This document shows, piece by piece, positions 59,102-64,000 of a DNA stretch of 64,000 nt. The notes below the pieces were generated by a model, which saw only the letters and a program-made list of their open reading frames with translations, ran no database searches and was not told the origin of the DNA. The position numbers and the translations under genes were made by a program. Position 1 is the first letter of the stretch. Each line of letters starts with the position of its first letter. The DNA comes from Nitrosarchaeum sp. (GTDB lineage Archaea > Thermoproteota > Nitrososphaeria > Nitrososphaerales > Nitrosopumilaceae), in assembly GCA_965223865.1 (NCBI GenBank), contig OZ245020.1:1344001-1408000 (forward strand), written 5' to 3'.

Positions 59102-60418
59102 TTGAAAAGCTCTGTTTGGCATCCAAACACACAGATGAAAGAATGGAATTCATTTGATACCATTGTCAGCGGCAAAGGTATGTGGTTAATTGATTCTAAA
59201 GGAAACAAGATGTTAGATGCAGTAGCATCGATGTGGTGTAATGTATGGGGTCATTCGAAACCAGAACTAATTAAGGCAATTACAAATCAAAATAAAAAAC
59301 TTCAACATTCTTCAATGTTTAATCTAACTAACGAGCCATCAGAAAAATTAGCTCAAAATTTAGTAAAAATATCCCCTGGAATGCACAAAGTGTTTTTTTC
59401 AGACAATGGGTCATCTGCAATGGAGATATCGTTTAAGCTAGCGCTGCAATATTGGTATAACATTGGTGAAAAGAAAAAAACAAAGATAATGACACTGGAA
59501 AATGGATATCATGGAGATACATTTGGTTCAATGTCCGTAGGATTTGTTCCTGAATTTTTTGGCAAATTTAAAAAACAACTATTTTCTACAATACAAATTC
59601 CTGTTCCAAATAAATACCGAATACCAAAAGGATACACAGTTTCTGAATATGAAAATTATTGTCTTGATAAAATTGAAAAACAAATGGCAAAAGATGATAA
59701 AATTGCAGCATTTGTAATGGAAAGTGGCGCTCAAGTTGCTGGAGGGGTAATTATTTTTCCCAAAGGTTTTCAAAGAAAGATTAGTCAATTATGTAAAAAA
59801 TACAATGTGCTTTTTGTTTTAGATGAGATTGCTACTGGATTTGGAAGATTAGGTTCCATGACAGAATATACAAAGCAAAAAAGTAATCCAGATATTGTAG
59901 CCTTTGGAAAAATGCTAACTGGAGGGTATCTTACTATGGCTGCTACTTTAGCAAACAAAAAAATCTATGATTCCTTTTTGGGAGAATTTAACGAGTGGAG
60001 ACATTTGTTTCATGGTCATACATACACTGGAAATCCACTTGCGGCAGCAGTTGCAAATGAGAATTTACGATTATATCAGAAAAATCAACTGATCAAAAAA
60101 ATCCAAAAAACATCAAAAGTTTTTGAAAAATATTATGATGAAATTGCAGATATCGATATTGTAGGAGATATTAGACATAAAGGAATGCTTATGGGAATTG
60201 AACTTGTTAAAGACAAAAAGAAAAAGATTCCAATCCATCCTGAAAAATCAATTAACAAAATATTCTTTGAAGAAGGAAAGAAAAATGGAATTTATCTTCG
60301 CACATTAGGAAATATTGTAATGCTTGTACCGCCCTTGGACATATCTGAGAAAGAATTGGATTTACTAATTACAAGAACCATTTCTACTATAAAGAATTCA
60401 AAAAAACATGTATTGTAA
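59102..60418 (+). CDS. bioA: adenosylmethionine-8-amino-7-oxononanoate aminotransferase
   Basis: VWHPNTQM, SDNGS, YHGDT, DEIATGFGR, GKMLTGGY, HGHTYTGNP. Confidence 0.94.
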   Translation: MKSSVWHPNTQMKEWNSFDTIVSGKGMWLIDSKGNKMLDAVASMWCNVWGHSKPELIKAITNQNKKLQHSSMFNLTNEPSEKLAQNLVKISPGMHKVFFSDNGSSAMEISFKLALQYWYNIGEKKKTKIMTLENGYHGDTFGSMSVGFVPEFFGKFKKQLFSTIQIPVPNKYRIPKGYTVSEYENYCLDKIEKQMAKDDKIAAFVMESGAQVAGGVIIFPKGFQRKISQLCKKYNVLFVLDEIATGFGRLGSMTEYTKQKSNPDIVAFGKMLTGGYLTMAATLANKKIYDSFLGEFNEWRHLFHGHTYTGNPLAAAVANENLRLYQKNQLIKKIQKTSKVFEKYYDEIADIDIVGDIRHKGMLMGIELVKDKKKKIPIHPEKSINKIFFEEGKKNGIYLRTLGNIVMLVPPLDISEKELDLLITRTISTIKNSKKHVL

Positions 60419-60655
60419 ATAAATTCAGGATTTAAGAATAATTAGAACATCAATCTTCATTATTGGGTGTGAATAGAATTTTTTGAAGATCAGGTATCTT
60501 ACTCCGGTCGAATCCCATATAGTTTATTTTTATTTCCAAAATAGTAATCTAGTAATCTAGAATTCAATTATATTCTAATAGTTTGGAACAGTTTTGTATT
60601 CTAAAAAAAAGGAAGCATGAGATATTTTATAGATAAAAAAAATTTTAGACTCTCA

Positions 60656-62254
60656 ATGACTAAAAATAAAGCAAAAAACATTGCAGTTCTTTGTTCAGTT
60701 GCATTTCTATCCATCACCGTATTTGGAAGCTCAACTGCATTTGCAGAAGAAAATTCCGGATACAAAATGGCTGATGATGTTAGTGCAACTTTGACATTCA
60801 CATTCAGAGACGGTGTTGAAACACATGAGTTTCCAGTCTTTAAGATGACCTCTGATCTTGTTTCAAATGTTGGAACAACATTTAATGTTCAAGGTGTAGT
60901 AAAAGAGGCTCCTCATTTGCATAAGGCATTAGATGAATCTTTTAAGTATAGATTAATGGTGTCTACTGGATCAAGTAGTTTAGAATATGATTACAGATTT
61001 TTTGACGTAAATGTAGTTATTTCAAATGATACTGAAATCATACGTAATGTAAACTATTACAACTGTGAAGTTCTGGACTACAAAATTAAGACAATGAAAG
61101 ATGATTATGAAAGCTGGGGATTCTATGAGAAAGTAGGATTTGCAATTGTAGATGACATCGACTTTAGATGCGGTGGTGTAATGTCAAATGATGAAATTCC
61201 ATCAGAGCCACGCTCCACTACAAACCAGATAGTATATGACTATGGTCAAACTCCATTCAAATTTGCCAGTGATGCAAGAACCTTTGTAACTTTCAAATTT
61301 GATGAAGGAACTGAAAAAATAGAGTTTCCAATTTTTGAGTTAACGACTGGTTTTGAAGAAGAAGATGATTCTGGTCCTAGTTTTCATGTAGAAGGAACTG
61401 TGATAAACCATCCACTATTGGATAATGCAATAAACCAGGCACGAAATACCAAGGGATTGTCAAGTACCTTTAACACTGATTTTGAGGCACTTGTCGAATT
61501 TACCAATAATGGTAAAGTGGTACGGGGCCTTGATTTTACAGATTGTAGAGTATCTTCCTTTTTCATTGATACCTATCAAGATAAGGAAGAAGGATACACT
61601 GGTAAACGTGGCTTTGCATTAATCGAAAAAGTTGACTTTACATGTGCTGGAATGACTCCTCTTAATCCAACCTATGATAAAGTTAAAGGAAATGCACCTG
61701 TTTGGTCTACTACCAAAGTATCAAATGAATACATGGTAAATTCATACAATATGGGACAAGGTCCTCATGCTGTAGCTACTTTGACTTTCAGTGATGGACA
61801 AGAAACAATTAATTTTCCAATATTTGAACAAGGAAATTTGTTGGATAGGTCTTACCCAACTATTGAATTTGTAGCAGTTCCAGGGGAATATCCATTACTG
61901 TACAAGCATGTTGATGATGCACAAAAGCTTGGACAAAAAGTGAGTGGAGTAAATGCACTTTCTGACTTGTTTGATGTAGATGTTCAACTGGTATACGGAG
62001 AAGATTCTATACGAGAATTCAACTATTCAAATTGCAGAAGTGTTGACTATGTCATAAAAACCCAGCATGACAAAGATGAGAGTTTCTTTAAAGGATTTGC
62101 CTTGACAAATGAATTTCATCTTGAATGCCAAGGATATCATCCATATAGTCCAGTCTATGATGCAATGTTTAATTCATACGAAAAAGCAAACACATCAAGT
62201 AGTATGGACCTACTAAGCACAGATGATTGGGGTCCAGGATTCTACGTACAGTAG
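60656..62254 (+). CDS. secreted protein with three tandem homologous beta-rich domains
   Basis: signal peptide ending STAFA; three repeats sharing TFxFxDG.E..EFPxF, [ND]C..xY.I.T..D..E, GFA, [FL]xCxG; start ATG 60656 (or 60617). Confidence 0.85.
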   Translation: MTKNKAKNIAVLCSVAFLSITVFGSSTAFAEENSGYKMADDVSATLTFTFRDGVETHEFPVFKMTSDLVSNVGTTFNVQGVVKEAPHLHKALDESFKYRLMVSTGSSSLEYDYRFFDVNVVISNDTEIIRNVNYYNCEVLDYKIKTMKDDYESWGFYEKVGFAIVDDIDFRCGGVMSNDEIPSEPRSTTNQIVYDYGQTPFKFASDARTFVTFKFDEGTEKIEFPIFELTTGFEEEDDSGPSFHVEGTVINHPLLDNAINQARNTKGLSSTFNTDFEALVEFTNNGKVVRGLDFTDCRVSSFFIDTYQDKEEGYTGKRGFALIEKVDFTCAGMTPLNPTYDKVKGNAPVWSTTKVSNEYMVNSYNMGQGPHAVATLTFSDGQETINFPIFEQGNLLDRSYPTIEFVAVPGEYPLLYKHVDDAQKLGQKVSGVNALSDLFDVDVQLVYGEDSIREFNYSNCRSVDYVIKTQHDKDESFFKGFALTNEFHLECQGYHPYSPVYDAMFNSYEKANTSSSMDLLSTDDWGPGFYVQ

Positions 62255-62257
62255 ATC

Positions 62258-62272
62258 TTTTTTCTTTTTTTT
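62258..62272 (+). terminator. oligo-T archaeal terminator
   Basis: T6-C-T8 tract immediately after the stop at 62254. Confidence 0.55.
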
Positions 62273-62313
62273 ATTGAAAATATTAAATTACTTTCAAATG
62301 ATTTGAAAATAAA

Positions 62314-63453
62314 TTGAAAATTATAATTTCTCTATTAGCAATGTTTTTGTTTACGGGATTAATTGCTCCATCTCTTGCTGATACTATTGAACCACCATTA
62401 AAACAGTATGATTCAAAAACAGATCCACATAACATCAAATGTAAACCAGAGTTAAAATTAGTATTCAAAGATAAGGTTTGGAGTCCAGCATGTGTAAAGC
62501 CATCAAGTGTTGACAAGCTAATTGAAAGAGGTTGGGCAGCAAAACATGATCCCCATCACATGGATGTAATGATGCCAATGAAAAAAGAAAGAGTATTTTT
62601 TACATTACAGGGAGATGACCAAGTAGCATCCATAAGCATGGAAAAATGGACTGCAGGCCCAAAAATGACCTATCTATCTGTAAATAATGACAGTACCGTG
62701 ATTCTAGCTACAAGCAGTGGTTCTGATACAATCTTTGCTTTTGATACATTTCAAGGAGAACTAATCTCTGAGGTTAAAGTTGGCAGTACTCCAAAGGGAG
62801 TAAAATTTCATCCAGATGGCAAAATTGCCTTTGTAGCAAATGAGGGCTCCGGAACAGTAGGAGTAATTGAAACTTATTCCTGGAATGTAACAAAAGAGAT
62901 TGAGGTAGGACAATTACCTCATAACATCAGGTTTGATTCTACCGGAAAAACTGCATACGTAACTTTGCAGGGAGAAGATAAGATTGCCATAATTGATGTT
63001 GAACATCTACAAATGATAGACTCAATTTCAGTAGGAAATATGCCACATAATCTTGATTTGTCACCTGATGACAGATACCTATACACATCCAACATTGGAA
63101 CTAACGATGTTGCAGTAATAGATCTGCAAGCCAAGGAGATCATCAAGAGAATACCTGTTAGTACAGGGCACCATGGAATAGATGTCTCCCCTGATGGGAA
63201 ACGAGTCTATGTTTCAGGTATCGGTTCAGATCTGGTAAACGTGATCGATGTTGATTCCTTTGAACTGATAAAGGTGATTGCAGTAGGTAATGGTCCACAC
63301 GGGATTCGTACAAATGATAATGGAAGCAAACTGTATGTGGGAGTAACAAAAACCAATGAAATTGCGGTAATAGACACCAAAAGTCTTACAGTTACGCAAA
63401 ATATCAAAACAGGAAATATTCCATTTTGGATAGCCATTCCTGAAAATCCCTAG
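62314..63453 (+). CDS. secreted YncE/YVTN beta-propeller protein with N-terminal PPLKQ/SPACVKP domain
   Basis: signal peptide; PPLKQ..C..SPACVKP..KLIERGW; repeated VG.xPH...SPDG..YV blades. Confidence 0.88.
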   Translation: MKIIISLLAMFLFTGLIAPSLADTIEPPLKQYDSKTDPHNIKCKPELKLVFKDKVWSPACVKPSSVDKLIERGWAAKHDPHHMDVMMPMKKERVFFTLQGDDQVASISMEKWTAGPKMTYLSVNNDSTVILATSSGSDTIFAFDTFQGELISEVKVGSTPKGVKFHPDGKIAFVANEGSGTVGVIETYSWNVTKEIEVGQLPHNIRFDSTGKTAYVTLQGEDKIAIIDVEHLQMIDSISVGNMPHNLDLSPDDRYLYTSNIGTNDVAVIDLQAKEIIKRIPVSTGHHGIDVSPDGKRVYVSGIGSDLVNVIDVDSFELIKVIAVGNGPHGIRTNDNGSKLYVGVTKTNEIAVIDTKSLTVTQNIKTGNIPFWIAIPENP

Positions 63454-63673
63454 ACAATGAAACTAAAGCAATCACTAAACTACGTACCTAGTTCCCATAG
63501 AATGGGATTTTTTTAGAAACAAGTTACTGTCCTCTCTGGTCTGATTCGAACTAACTTTTCATTATTTTTGGGCATAGTTATGTAAAAATTATATTCCTAC
63601 TGTTAACCCATACAAAATCAAAGGTTAACCTTTCCAATATCTTATTTAACCCCAAATTTACTAAAGAAATCTG

Positions 63674-64000
63674 ATGAGTTCTTCCTTAGAGTTTATCAAA
63701 GAATGCCAAGAAAAGGTATTTTCAGGAGTTGGATTGTCTGCAGAAGATGCTCAAAAATTATTCAATATTCCTGATGAAAATCTCAAAGATTTAGCAAATG
63801 CAGCTAATGAAATTACTCGAGACTTTAATGGAGACAAAGTAGATGTCGAAGAATTAAACAATATAAAAAAGAATTCTTGTAGTGAAGACTGTTCATTTTG
63901 TGGACAATCTGCATTTTTTGATACAGGAATTGATACCTATCAACTTCCAACACCAGACGAAGTTGTATCAAGAGCTCAAATTGCAAAAGATGATGGTGCA
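63674..64000 (+). CDS. bioB: biotin synthase (5' partial, runs off the window)
   Basis: MSSSLEFIKECQ..AANEITRDF..NIKKNSCSEDCSFCGQSA (CxxxCxxC..QSA); near bioA/bioD. Confidence 0.9.
   Translation, partial: MSSSLEFIKECQEKVFSGVGLSAEDAQKLFNIPDENLKDLANAANEITRDFNGDKVDVEELNNIKKNSCSEDCSFCGQSAFFDTGIDTYQLPTPDEVVSRAQIAKDDGA

Noticed and set aside
60501-60520. Second tRNA-like att fragment (CCGGTCGAATCCC)
   Set aside because: Too short and imperfect, with no acceptor-strand sequence following
390-63437. Many 60-120 aa track ORFs antisense to or nested in well-supported genes (e.g. 390-605, 937-1233, 1953-2270, 13723-13986, 30617-30919, 41776-42141, 62919-63437)
   Set aside because: Shadow ORFs of real genes with no motifs of their own

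Overview
AT-rich archaeal chromosome segment whose gene content is typical of Nitrososphaerota (Thaumarchaeota), most likely Nitrosopumilaceae: split methylmalonyl-CoA mutase with MeaB, PEFG-CTERM cupredoxin, type II GAPDH, HMG-CoA synthase and bioD/bioA/bioB. About 1-14.2 kb is an accessory, partly decaying region. It holds a TetR/flavin monooxygenase/beta-lactamase-like/SnoaL module with a palindromic operator, stress genes, a broken livH-livM transporter and pseudogenes, and it ends at an orphan tRNA 3' fragment. The rest is mostly core metabolism with two apparent insertions: glmS plus Zn-finger genes, and two secreted proteins between bioA and bioB. The most notable observations are (i) a signal-peptide protein built from three tandem domains whose pattern resembles the phage tail-tube/Hcp fold, next to a His/Met-rich beta-propeller; (ii) six Cys/His-rich micro-ORFs missing from the ORF track, including a convergent metallothionein-like pair; (iii) a deletion scar fusing a foreign signal peptide to livH; and (iv) a perfect 15 x 33-bp coding repeat. 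No complete rRNA or tRNA, CRISPR array, integrase or transposase was seen. All calls come from reading motifs by eye; no database searches were run.
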